Assembly: GCF_001194135.2 (NCBI RefSeq)
Contig: NC_068984.1
Coordinates: 7,719,042 to 7,755,953 of the forward strand
Direction: 5' to 3'
DNA length: 36,912 nucleotides
DNA from: Octopus bimaculoides
Lineage: Eukaryota
The notes beneath the pieces were generated by a model. The model searched no databases. It was given only the letters and a program-made list of their open reading frames with translations, and was not told the DNA's origin. A program made the translations under genes and the position numbers. Within the stretch, counting starts at the first letter, position 1; each line of letters opens with the position of its first letter. Of the stretch, positions 22,739 to 33,976 are shown piece by piece.

Positions 22739-23862
22739 TTTACAGAGGCACTACTGATGTTTATTTAACTCGTACTGACGTTTTGAGAATATTGTCAGCA
22801 AAGTTTGTGTGAAATATAAGCTGCGAACACATTAAACAACACGACGGCCATTGTCTTTATCACAGCTAAATATGTGCCTAGAAGTATCATTTTACCACCA
22901 TGGCTAACATCAGGAAATATGGTATACATTTAATAATTATATTTTAAGTTTTATGAAACACATACATACACAAACACACACAAAAACACGCACACAAATG
23001 CACACATGTATCACATATGTATATGATACATTTCTTTTATTAGCCACACAGGGCTCAACGAAGATGGGACAAATACAATGTAGAGCTTTTCTTTTTGGGA
23101 GGGGGGAAGGAAGGGGAAAAAAAGTGGTAGTGTCGATCAAAAGGGATCGTAGGAAGGGAAAAAGGGGGAGTTCGATCAAAAGGGATCAAAAAAAAAAAAA
23201 AAGATAGATAGATAGATAGATAGATATGTTTAGGTATGTTGATTAAGAAAGTATATGTTTCTAAATGTGTTTTAACCGAAAAGAGTAAGAAAGAAATCAT
23301 ATAGACCGGCAAATTAAGATACCTAACTGTTTTAATTTAACCGGCAAGCAGCGTGTTGGCTAAAGTTATTACCTTGGTCTAAGTAGCAGACCAATATTGT
23401 TAGTTGAACGTATTTCATTATTTCTTAACCAAATTAAGCGTGCCAAAATGGCAACTGCTCCAGGCTATTAGGCGCGGTTAAAGTTTGCTCAAGTAAATTG
23501 TTTTTGTCGTTTTTTCATTTTTTCTTCACCCTCTTCTCTTCTCTCTGTCACCCCTCTCTCTCTCCCTTTTCTGTATCACCCCCTCTCTATCTCTCTCTTT
23601 CTCTTTCTCTGTCTATGTATTCATTCATTCATTTACAAATGGGTAATTTAAGCATTTTTTTCTTGTTTCTTTCGCTAGATTTCAATGCCTGATATTCCTT
23701 TGGTGATAGATTTCTTTAATAAAGCACACCGCTAAATTCGGCAACAGCCTATGTTCTGGCAGAGGTGAATTAATGAGAAAAACAAATTTAAATTTACACA
23801 ACACTATAATTTGCAGACAAGGAATGCAAACATACAATAGCATACAAACACATACACGCGAG

Positions 23863-23905
<43 letters not shown>

Positions 23906-24033
23906 GTGCGTGTGTTTGTTTGTGTGGGTGCTTCCGTCTACCAAATTCACGTACAAGGCCAAGGTGCAGTGGAGTGGGAGTCTGGCTTAAACTTCATGGT
24001 TTTGAAATAGATCCAAAACTACAACACAGACAC

Positions 24034-24068
<35 letters not shown>

Positions 24069-25135
24069 NNNNNNNNNNNNNNNNNNNNNNNNNNNNNNNN
24101 NNNNNNNNNNNNNNNNNNNNNNNNNNNNNNNNNNNNNNNNNNNNNNNNNNNNNNNNNNNNNNNNNNNNNNNNNNNNNNNNNNNNNNNNNNNNNNNNNNNN
24201 NNNNNNNNNNNNNNNNNNNNNNNNNNNNNNNNNNNNNNNNNNNNNNNNNNNNNNNNNNNNNNNNNNNNNNNNNNNNNNNNNNNNNNNNNNNNNNNNNNNN
24301 NNNNNNNNNNNNNNNNNNNNNNNNNNNNNNNNNNNNNNNNNNNNNNNNNNNNNNNNNNNNNNNNNNNNNNNNNNNNNNNNNNNNNNNNNNNNNNNNNNNN
24401 NNTATATATATACCTTGATATAGTGCATAGTTCAAGTCTGTCATGGGAAGGAAGGTTGCAAAGTTCTGGCCTTGGAGAACTCTTGCGCTGACTGCACATG
24501 TGTCGCTGACTCTGCCAGGTGTGCATACTAAATAAGTGCAGTCTGAATAGAGAGGGTGGATAGCACTTGCATCTTAACTTCATAATCCATAGGCAGAGAA
24601 GAAGCTGCAACATTGGCTCAGGGCCAAAAGCTTTGGGGAAATCCATGAAGACGATGCTACATGAAAAGTATATTTCTTTGCTGAGATGTATTCAATGAGT
24701 GGACAAAGAGTTTAAACACGTAGAAGTTTGGAGAGGCCTTTGCAAAAGCCGTTTTGCCTTGATCTGATTAGTGTTTCGATAGGGTTTCGGATTGCGATTG
24801 AGCATGGTATTGTTAAAGTGTTGGGCAGAACATGATATCAGGTTAATATCACGTTACGATCCGTATTCTGCTATATTTCCACTTTTTCCGGAACACGTAT
24901 CATGCGATTCAGCTTGAATTCCGATGGCGCTTGCACGGTGATCTGAGAAAAGTTCAGAGGAAGAAAAAGTAAAATAACTAACACGAGATTCGGAAAAACC
25001 TCTGGAAACACACAATCTACGTCATACGATTTACCGGTCTTGAGCTCGATAGAAGCAGGTAATACGTCACCAATGATAATTTCATCAGTCAGAATATTAA
25101 TGAGCAGCGGTGAGATCAGTGTAACAACGAAATTG

Positions 25136-25764
25136 GGATCTTTTTTAAAACGGGGGCCACATTTTTCATTAACGAAACACTTTGAAACTTGGAACACTGG
25201 TAGAATGTGTCATATAAAACATCTTTTTCTCTTAGTCTTCTTAAAAAAAAAAAGAAATCCCTAACTTATTCCATGTTAAAGTTGTCGTATTTCTGTAATT
25301 TCAACCANNNNNNNNNNNNNNNNNNNNNNNNNNNNNNNNNNNNNNNNNNNNNNNNNNNNNNNNNNNNNNNNNNNGACGTCCATTCAGCCGATATACATTA
25401 AGTGCCGACTACATAAACAAACGATTCTGAAACAATTCTATCGGTGATAGGGTTAGGGTTAGGGTTAGGGTAAAACAGCAAATTTAAAAAGAAAAAAGAA
25501 AAACGAAGCTATGGAAATTAAATACGCTTTACATCGCTTAATCAGCCAAAGGGAGTAAATGTAAACAACTGAATACTTGTCAGTGATTGGTTGAAATTAT
25601 CGAAATAAGACAATTTTTTACATGAAATAAATTCGAATACAAAAATATTTTTCTGTTCTATAACACAAAATAGATAAGTATACGAAGTTTGAAAGTCTTT
25701 TGGTACCAAAAACACTACGTAAAACATTAATGAAAAATGTGGGCCCCCGTTTTAAAAAAGATCC
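25136..25764. mobile_element. Non-autonomous DNA transposon (Merlin-like MITE) with an 8-bp TSD
   Basis: TIRs ggatcttttttaaaacgggggcc(c)acatttttcattaa at 25136-25172 and 25727-25764 differ by one indel. TSD CGAAATTG at 25128-25135 and 25765-25772. GG termini with an 8-bp TSD fit the Merlin superfamily. Confidence 0.85.
25448..25470 (+). repeat. Interstitial telomeric repeat (TTAGGG)x~4 inside the MITE
   Basis: tagggttagggttagggttaggg. Confidence 0.95.
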
Positions 25765-26828
25765 CGAAATTGTCTGTGGAAGTCTTGTTGTTGTTGATCA
25801 ACTTTTCAGTGGGATTTCCATCCTGCTAGTTGATCGTATCTTTAGTTTTGAAGCTGGCTAAGATTTACAACCAGACAAGTTTCCATACTGGCTTTCCATA
25901 CTGTGGTGGTTTGTCTACTGTCGTCTGCTTCTTCTATACTGTTGATTTTACTTTTCGATTTACGCTTTTCTGGTTAATAGTAAACTGCTCAGGTAAGGCT
26001 TTTCGTTATAGTACTAGACTATGTACAACGACACGCTATGGTGTCTGAATTAGGCATAACTCTCCGTTCCTATCAAGGTTCACGTCATTTTGCATCGTTC
26101 GAAACGGAATATCTTCCTGTCTGGTTTCTACATTTTGGGACACCACCAGCCCCACAAAAAAATAGCATAATAATAAAAAACGTAGTTTCATCGGCCTTGT
26201 TCTTGTACTAACCAGTAAAACAAAAAGAAAATAGTCCAGATGGGTTATGTCAGCAAGATGTGGCTGCTATTACGAGCAAAGCGTTTGACTCCATAAAAGC
26301 TTTGTCATTGACCGGATAAACCCGCATCTGTAGGTATATGTACATGTGCGAATATATATGTATCTGTGTGTGCGTGTGTGTTGGTGTAATTGCGTGAATG
26401 TGACCATAGCGATTCAATTTGTTAATTATAGCATGTATGAGAGATTACAGCTACGTAACATTTTAGTTGATTTGCACTGCATCACTGATTGTGATATTCA
26501 ACGGAGCAGAAATCTGTTGTACAGTTCAGGTCACCTTTTAATATGGTTTTACTTACAGTTGAGGCCTAACACAAGTGTTAACGAGATGTCACGTTATTAC
26601 ATTAAATCCAAAAATTGTCAGACACTTAAAAGGAAAACTCCCTCTTGATACCACCACTATGGTGGGGATCTACGTGAAGATCCAAGGAGTCGATTTACAC
26701 CTGAAATGATGTGGAGCGTTTAGGGTGATGACATATTTAGCGAACCGAATCTGGAAGAGCGTGGGTAATTTAAGTTTAAGAACTCACTAGTTTCCAACCA
26801 AATACCCATGATACAATAACTATTATTC

Positions 26829-27022
26829 GCCGTGGCAGTGTCGTAAGAAATTTGCTTCCCAACCACATGGCTCCGGGTTCAGTTCCATTGCTCGACATCT
26901 CGTGCAAGTGTCTTCTACTATAGCTTCGGGCTAATCAAAGCCTTGTGAATGGATTTGCTAGACGGAAACTGAAAGAAGCGTGTCGTATATATATATATGT
27001 GTGTGTGTGTGTNNNNNNNNNN

Positions 27023-27069
<47 letters not shown>

Positions 27070-27164
27070 TGTGTGTGTGTTTTTGTGTCTGTGTTTGTCA
27101 CTCATCACCATTTGACATCCGGTGTTGCTGTATTTACGTTCTCGTAACTTAGCGATTCGGAAAA
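26829..27164 (+). mobile_element. SINE family B with internal (TA)n(TG)n and partial tail
   Basis: Head and body as at 10658, then microsatellite, then tgtctgtgtttgtc..tttgacatccggtgttg..cgtaacttagcgattcgg. Confidence 0.85.
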
Positions 27165-27255
27165 TGTTAAAACTCTTGAATGATCCAATGATCACCGCTG
27201 GAATCCCTTCGTTTCCATGTATAATCGATCCGGGTTAATGTGTGGCTAACCAAAT

Positions 27256-27575
27256 GTTGTTGTTATTGTTGTTGTCTCTTCCTTCTCGAGTCATGCTTGG
27301 CTTATAAGGGCCAGTTTCCCGGTTTCATTGGCATATAGGTTCTCCACTTGGACGAGACGCCGGTCCGTCGCAGGTGAGTTACTAGATGCAAAGGGAAAGA
27401 GTGAGAAAAAGTTGTGGTGAAAGATTCAGCAGAAGTTTGCAATCACCTTCTACCGGAGCCGCGTGAAGCTTAGATGTTTCGCTCATAAATACACACATCG
27501 CCCGGTTTGAAATTCAAACCCGCAATCCCTCGACCGCGAGTCCGCTGCTCTAACCACTAGGCCATGTGCATCCAC
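27256..27575 (-). mobile_element. Full-length SINE family D with (AAC)n tail and a 14-bp TSD
   Basis: tRNA-like head (tggcctagtggttagagc), CORE-like block, V-domain-like cctgcgacggaccggcgtctcgtcc, (AAC)n tail. TSD gtggctaa(c/a)caaat at 27242-27255 and 27576-27589 (13 of 14). Confidence 0.9.
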
Positions 27576-27877
27576 GTGGCTAAACAAATACAACAATAAA
27601 ACAGTTCAGCCATCACGGAAAATATCCCAGTAACGAGATAATCAATGGAACAAATGGATTATCGCGTTAACACTTATAATTACAGCTTCGTCTAATTATA
27701 AACTAAATTTAAAACGCTGGTTGCTATGGGTCGAAAACATTTCTACATTTTATTGATTACCTTTTAATGGGGTACCTCCTCGAAGGTACCCAGTAAATCT
27801 GGTACTTATTTTATCGGTCTCGGTGAACTGTTGACACACACAAAGACAAAGAAATACAAATGCATATGTCTGTGAGC

Positions 27878-28075
27878 CTGTGTTTGCCCCTCTCTCACCA
27901 TCGTTTGACAACCGATGTTGGTGTGTTTACGTCTCCGTAACCTAGCTGTTCGGCAAAATAGACGGATAGAATAAGTACTAGGCTTACAATGAATGAGTCC
28001 TGGGGTCGATTTGTTCGACTAAAGGCGGTGCTCCAGCATGGCCACAGTCAAATGATTGACACAAGTAAAAGAATA
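27878..28075 (+). mobile_element. SINE family B 3' half
   Basis: ttgacaaccgatgttggtgtgtttacgtc ... gaataagtactaggcttac ... tggggtcgatttgttcgactaaaggcggtgctccagcatggcc. Confidence 0.85.
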
Positions 28076-28420
28076 TATATATATATATATANNNNNNNNN
28101 NNNNNNNNNNNNNNNNNNNNNNNNNNNNNNNNNNNNNNNNNNNNNNNNNNNNNNNNNNNNNNNNNNNNNNNNNNNNNNNNNNNNNNNNNNNNNNNNNNNN
28201 NNNNNNNNNNNNNNNNNNNNNNNNNNNNNNNNNNNNNNNNNNNNNNNNNNNNNNNNNNNNNNNNNNNNNNNNNNNNNNNNNNNNNNNCATTTAAATTTAA
28301 TTTGCCAAAATATTTCAGTCGCTTTGAAACCACTGCCAAAATTCCGTGCTGCATCTTTTTGGGGGGAATAGTGCGTCTCGAAGCAAATAAATTTAGAAAT
28401 TATAGCATGTAAATATTGGT

Positions 28421-28559
28421 CTGCCCAATCCACTCAGAAGGCTTCGATCGGCCCAGAGCTTTTGCACAAGTCACTTTCTCAATGCCCCACGCCGTAGGAA
28501 TGAACCAGAAACTATGTGCTTGAGAAGAAAATGTCTTACTACATGGCCACGCCTGCGCT
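28421..28559 (-). mobile_element. Diverged SINE family B head and body
   Basis: Reverse complement has gcgcaggcgtggcc, ggttcattcctacggcgtggggcattgagaaagtgac and ccttctgagtggattgg. Confidence 0.7.
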
Positions 28560-29442
28560 TAATTTAATTCATAATCAACAAGGGTGACATATATTAATTG
28601 GACAAGATTATCAATAAACCAATATATACTTTCTAAGAAACGAATTAAAAATTGGTACCAATTCGGAGCTTTTCTGACGCGATCCAACAGATTGGGAAAT
28701 CGTGCTGGTTGGGTTAAGACTCTTCGTAATGCTTCCATTGTATCTGAGTTTTCCTATGAGACGATGAACCGATGTAAACTAACATCCCAATACAACAAAG
28801 CTAGCATCTGTCCGTTCATTCCATAAATGGCGCAATGCTGGTAATCCCTTGGTAGAAATAGAATTAGTAATATAATAAGAAATGCAAGAAGAATTGGTAC
28901 CAGAAATTCAATAATGAATAGGTTTAAGACGAGTAAACGTAACTGCATAAACGTGCTTTTATTTACCCAAGATTTTATTATATTCCTTTTTTGGTGTTAC
29001 GGAATGGAATATAATTACTATTAAAATTGTTTAGATTCAATATTCAACACTGTTACCGTGTGTATAATTGTATACAGATGTGTAAAGGTCTGGAGAGTAA
29101 TGTATGGGCATGCGCTGAAATACCAATATTATCAATAGTAATACATAAGGATATGAAAATATGAATTATGCATTAGTATGCACTTGTACGTAATAATATG
29201 CAAATGGGGTCCATTTCATTAATATTCTAATCAAATTAAATATGCAAATATTGATGTTGAACGTTATATACATCGTTTATATATTTCTGTCTTGATCTGC
29301 TCCGAACTTCTCTTTCCATATTTTTCTTAAAGTATTTGGTTTCGTGTGTGGATGTGTGTATATATGTGTGTGCGTGGTTTGTGCGTGTGTGTATGTGTGT
29401 CTATATATGTGTGCATGTGTATGTGTGTGTGTTTGGTATATA

Positions 29443-29473
<31 letters not shown>

Positions 29474-29489
29474 CTGTGTGTGTGTGTGT

Positions 29490-29700
29490 GAAGGGGCTCA
29501 GCCTAGCAGTTAGGGGCATTGTACTCTCGAGAGTGAGATCGCGGTTTCGATTCTCTGAACGGTTGCGCGTTGTGCTCTTGAGCAAAACACTTCATTTCAC
29601 GTTGCTCCAGTCTACTAGATCGGCAAATGCCTAACCCTGAGAGGGACAAGCCTTCCCATCAGCGAGGAATATTGGCCTGCCTGCCGCCTTCCTGCATGGC
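29490..29700 (+). mobile_element. SINE, family D/A-type head and CORE-like block with diverged V-like tail
   Basis: ggtttcgattct B box, gttgtgctcttgagcaaaacacttcatttcacgttgctccag, then ccctgagagggacaagccttcccatc. Confidence 0.75.
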
Positions 29701-29807
29701 CAACGGGGAGGCATCATACCAAAGCTAAACTTATACATATCGTCAATTTACATTTGCCTACAATTGTTTCCATGTCCAACTCATTCAAATTAGAGATTTA
29801 TAAAGGA

Positions 29808-29846
<39 letters not shown>

Positions 29847-30072
29847 AACAAGAGTGAAAAGACTACAGAAGGCTTGTGTTACATGGTTAAAGTATATATT
29901 TAAATTATGTCACAAAAATGTTATAAAATTGTGGGTATATAAACATTGTATTTGGAGAAATAACCGGTTCCGTGTTGTTTTTTCAAATTTCTCTACTTCT
30001 ATCGTAACATATCTTCGCTCCCGTGTGTAAAAAAGAGTTATATAAATATATATGGAGATCGAGAGACGATGT

Positions 30073-30233
30073 GGCTGCCACGTAGTTTCTGTTTACCTAA
30101 TTCACTCTCAAGTCATCGGTCGAACAGGGCTGTAGTAGAATACACTTGTCAAAGTTGCCGCAGAGTGAGTCTGAACCGGAAACCCCGTGGTTGCGACGCA
30201 ACCTTCTAAACCACACAACCATGATGCCTGCTA
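30073..30233 (-). mobile_element. Diverged SINE family B head and body
   Basis: Reverse complement has ggcatcatggttgtgtggttt, aaccacggggtttccggttcagactcactctgcggc and caagtgtattctactacagccc. Confidence 0.72.
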
Positions 30234-30665
30234 CGGCACACAGCTACGCTCGACAAAATAATTTCGTAATTTATGTGCTTTTGTCCACACTTAAAAATAA
30301 AATGGATGTGACAGCTCATTCAGCATTGTGCACGCAGATGAGGTTTATGCTAATGGAATTGCCGTTCTCAGAGTGACACATCACAATGTCTGCAAATATG
30401 AAGCTGAGAAAGTTTTTCTTATCCCATGGTAGATGCCTTGTAATTATGTGTGCAAGTGAATGTGTCTATATGTATGCATACATACAAACATACATACATA
30501 CATGTATGTATGTATATATATGTACGTATGTATATAGATAGATAATACATACATGTATGTATCTATATATATACTTATATATGCATCTATGCATCTATAT
30601 ATATATACTTATATCTACATACATACACACACATATATATATAGGTGAGAAAATTGGTATATATA

Positions 30666-30759
30666 TAGAGAGAGAGAGAGAAAGAGAGAGAGACAGAGAA
30701 AGAGAGAGAGACAGAGAGGGAGAAGGAGAGAGAAAGAGAAGTAGAGAGAGAGAAGGAGA

Positions 30760-30810
<51 letters not shown>
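30666..30810. repeat. (GA)n-rich microsatellite
   Basis: Direct reading. Confidence 0.93.
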
Positions 30811-30899
30811 TTCAGTGTAAATTTAACTGTCTGCCTAAATGGAAAAGAGATCACAATATTCTGACCCAAAATCAAAGAATATGAACTCGATTATGGCTG

Positions 30900-31702
30900 G
30901 GGTATAACAGTTTGCTCCAGGTAGTCACCCTCACCTTCAACGACGGCTTCAAGGTGACTCCGGAATCTGGCGCCTACGTTTCTCACTGTATTCCTGGGAA
31001 GATGTTCGAACACCTTGTCAACCAGCATGGTGTTGCAGCCAGAGCGGTTGGTGTCTCTCAATCATGCCCCCCACATAGTAATCCATGGAATTACTATATC
31101 ATTTGATAACCAGTAAATATAGCCAGGGCTGACGGTGCGCAATTATGCCGTCGAGATGTAGGCCCCGAAACGGCGCGCATTCTCTCCTGATAACCGCATA
31201 CATTTGCTTGCTTCTGGTATGCGGAGCTCTCGAGTAGTAGCACTTGGGTGGCCATGTTGTTTCCAAAACATCCATGGGATTACTATGTGTGGGGCGGAGT
31301 AATAGTAGGCCAGAAATTGAGGTTGGGAAAATCATAGACATTCCCGTAGAAATTCTCTGACAACCACTTCTGACTCTTCCCGGAGGCATGGCAAGGAAGG
31401 GAAACCTACTGCCACTCATGTGGTCTTCCAGCAGCAATCCTCTCCGGCGAAAGATTGACCACAGTCTCCAGTAGCTTTACATAGTTGTCTGAACTGACCC
31501 TAACATCACGCTCAAAGATGTGGAGATGAATTCCGAGGTTCTGATACAGAACGTATTGTGGTTCACTTTCCATCGGACGTGGCTTCTTTCTTTCCGTTGC
31601 AGCTGTTCATGTCACGTCCCACAGCCGTTGCAGTATTCACAGAGCGCTGGACAGCAACCATGGTGTCGGCATTTTGATACCCGGTGCGAATCATCATGAC
31701 AC
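30900..31702 (-). mobile_element. Internally deleted, decayed mariner-type (DDxD) transposase
   Basis: Minus strand: N-terminal MMIRTGYQNADTMVAVQRSVNT (31700-31630); HIFERDVRVSSDNYVKLLETVV; AGRPHEWQ*VSLPCHASGKSQKWLSENF; NFWP; SMDYYVGG; ARFRSHLEAVVEGEGDYLE. TIRs not found. Confidence 0.85.
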
Positions 31703-31704
31703 AG

Positions 31705-32245
31705 ATGGACGGTTTATGAACGCCACGCCAAAACGCATGACTGCTTCCACATGAACTGCTTAGAATCCTCTCTCGAGCTGATCTGCCAAGCGTGTACACA
31801 CTGCTGAGGAGAGCTCAAATCAAGTGGACAGGTCACTCAAATGTCTCCAACACGCCTCCCAAAGACACTGTGTTACAGGGAACTGGCGGAAGGCAAACCC
31901 ATGCAAATAGGACAGATAAACTTCAAAGATACATGTAAAACCTTACGAGTTTTGAGATTAACCCCCGACACCTAAGAAACACAAGCGCAAACCCACAATG
32001 TCTGGCATAGACGCAGCATCTGAGGTGCCACCGCTTACGAACAGAACAGGATTGCAGGAGCACAGGGAAAACTCGAACCACGCCAGTCCGGAGACAACTT
32101 CCTGCTTTTATTCCCAACAGACCAGCAGTGTCCGACCTGTAACAGAGCCCTCTGAGCACGAATCGAACTGATTGGCCAAAACCGGGCACGCCATCGTCTT
32201 CTCCTATGTCATGTACTTGGTCATCGCTGACAACTTCAGACCAAC
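31705..32245 (+). mobile_element. RTE-BovB-like LINE 3' end (ORF2 C-terminus with C-terminal zinc-finger motif)
   Basis: WTVYERHAKTHDCFHMNCL; LSRADLPSVYTLLRRAQIKWTGH; LPKTLCYRELAEGK; FKDT; TAYEQNRI; QCPTCNRAL*ARIELI. Multiple stops and frameshifts. Confidence 0.88.
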
Positions 32246-32285
32246 TAGTGAGGTTTGCATTTACTAATGCATGTATGGGTCTTCA

Positions 32286-32493
32286 TATGTATGTATGTAT
32301 GTATGTATGTATTATATATGTATGTATGTATGTATATATGTATGTATGTATATATGTATGTATGTATGAATGTATGTATGTATGTATGTATGTATGTATA
32401 TATGTATGTAGGCATGCATGTATACATTAATCTACGTATTTATGCATGCATGTATGTATGTGTGTGTGTATCTATATAACCATGTTCTTATGC

Positions 32494-32555
<62 letters not shown>
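32286..32555. repeat. (TATG)n and (TA)n microsatellite block
   Basis: Direct reading. Similar blocks occur at about 15820-15925, 2010-2045 and 33590-33690. Confidence 0.93.
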
Positions 32556-32556
<1 letters not shown>

Positions 32557-33740
32557 GCATGCTGTGTACAGACGAGTCTTATAAGGGGTTGGCTAACCGG
32601 GAAACTAAAGATGCAAGTGCGATTCACGATGCTAAACAGGTCCCAGAGATTGTCTAAGCTGTTTGAGGAGAGGCCTGACATTGTTCTCGGGTGGGAACAG
32701 GAAACAACGTGAGAACACATTGGAAAATTTCTCTTGAAGTCCCTGTGTAACAGCAATTATTTATGTGTGCAAAAGTGCGCAGGTATGTATGAATGTGTGT
32801 ATATATTCACACATGTATGTATATGAGTAAGTATACATGGACATATATATATATATAGAAAACAAATATAGGAGAAATTGAAGTTGAAAATGCACTGAGA
32901 ATAGTTAAAATATTGTTTTATTCAAATATTTAAATATTTGAAGCTTTAACCGGTTTCACAGTTTACACTGATTTTCAAAATGTTGAGAAATAGAGATATG
33001 ATCCACAGAGGACCAGCTTTATTTTGAGGTATGATACATGTTCCTGTGTTGGTAATTATAGCTGTCCTAAACAAAATGGCATTACTTTTTGACTCACCCT
33101 CGTATATAGCATACTTTTCTTTGTATCACGAAATATCTATATGCATCCTTGTACATTTGTGTGTGTTTGTACGTGTGTGCGCGTATATATGTAAATATAT
33201 ATNNNNNNNNNNNNNNNNNNNNNNNNNNNNNNNNNNNNNNNNNNNNNNNNNNNNNNNNNNNNNNNNNNNNNNNNNNNNNNNNNNNNNNNNNNNNNNNNNN
33301 NNNNNNNNNNNNNNNNNNNNNNNNNNNNNNNNNNNNNNNNNNNNNNNNNNNNNNNNNNNNNNNNNNNNNNNNNNNNNNNNNNNNNNNNNNNNNNNNNNNN
33401 NNNNNNNNNNNNNNNNNNNNNNNNNNNNNNNNNNNNNNNNNNNNNNNNNNNNNNNNNNNNNNNNNNNNNNNNNNNNNNNNNNNNNNNNNNNNNNNNNNNN
33501 NNNNNNNNNNNNNNNNNNNNNNNNNNNNNNNNNNNNNNNNNNNNNNNNNNNNNNNNNNNNNNNNNNNNNNNNNNNNNNNNNNNNNNNATATATATATATA
33601 TATATACATATATGTATGTATGCATGTATGTATGTATGTATATATGTATATATATATGTATATATGTATGTATGTATACATATATATTCATTTACTTATT
33701 TATTTATCACACAAAAACCCCATATATCAAAAGAGGTTCA

Positions 33741-33976
33741 AAATCTTTTCCGAGCCATAAGCCGATGTCTTGGATTCTTTGGCGCAAATATTCGCACCAC
33801 TTTGGACGGGTTGCCGGGTGTTCGCAGGATTACTCATTCTCGCCAGCCGTGTGAGTTGGAGCTATGTGAAATTAATCGTTTTGCTCAAGGACACAACTCA
33901 TTGGCCGGAGCAGTATTCGAAATTGCAAGCTTACGATGTAGTGTGCAACAACATAACCACTGAGCCACGCGCCTCC
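33741..33976 (-). mobile_element. SINE family D-type copy
   Basis: Reverse complement: ggaggcgcgtggctcagtggtta head, gttgtgtccttgagcaaaac CORE-like block, cctgcgaacacccggcaacccgtcc V-like block. Confidence 0.8.

Larger units (their letters stand above)
24412..25960 (-). mobile_element. Decayed RTE-clade LINE reverse transcriptase region, interrupted by a MITE
   Basis: Minus-strand motifs in correct RT order: ELKTGKSYDVDCVFPE (about 25040-25000), QNGFCKGLS (24756-24730), DFPKAF (24644-24626), MLQLL..AYG across a frameshift, ARVLQGQNFATFL (about 24486-24450). The upstream boundary is uncertain. Confidence 0.82.

Noticed and set aside
23280-23790. Possible conserved non-coding element (non-repeat DNA rich in TAAT motifs)
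   Set aside because: Conservation cannot be assessed from a single sequence.
24871-25197. 108-aa ORF as a candidate gene
   Set aside because: It is a chimera of MITE sequence and decayed RTE LINE coding sequence.
25448-25470. Telomere or chromosome-fusion site
   Set aside because: Only about four units, in one orientation, enclosed by MITE TIRs.
31145-31178. Type III hammerhead-like halves gccGTC ... GAAAcggc
   Set aside because: Only 14 nt lie between them, too few for stem I, the core and stem II, and CUGANGA is absent.
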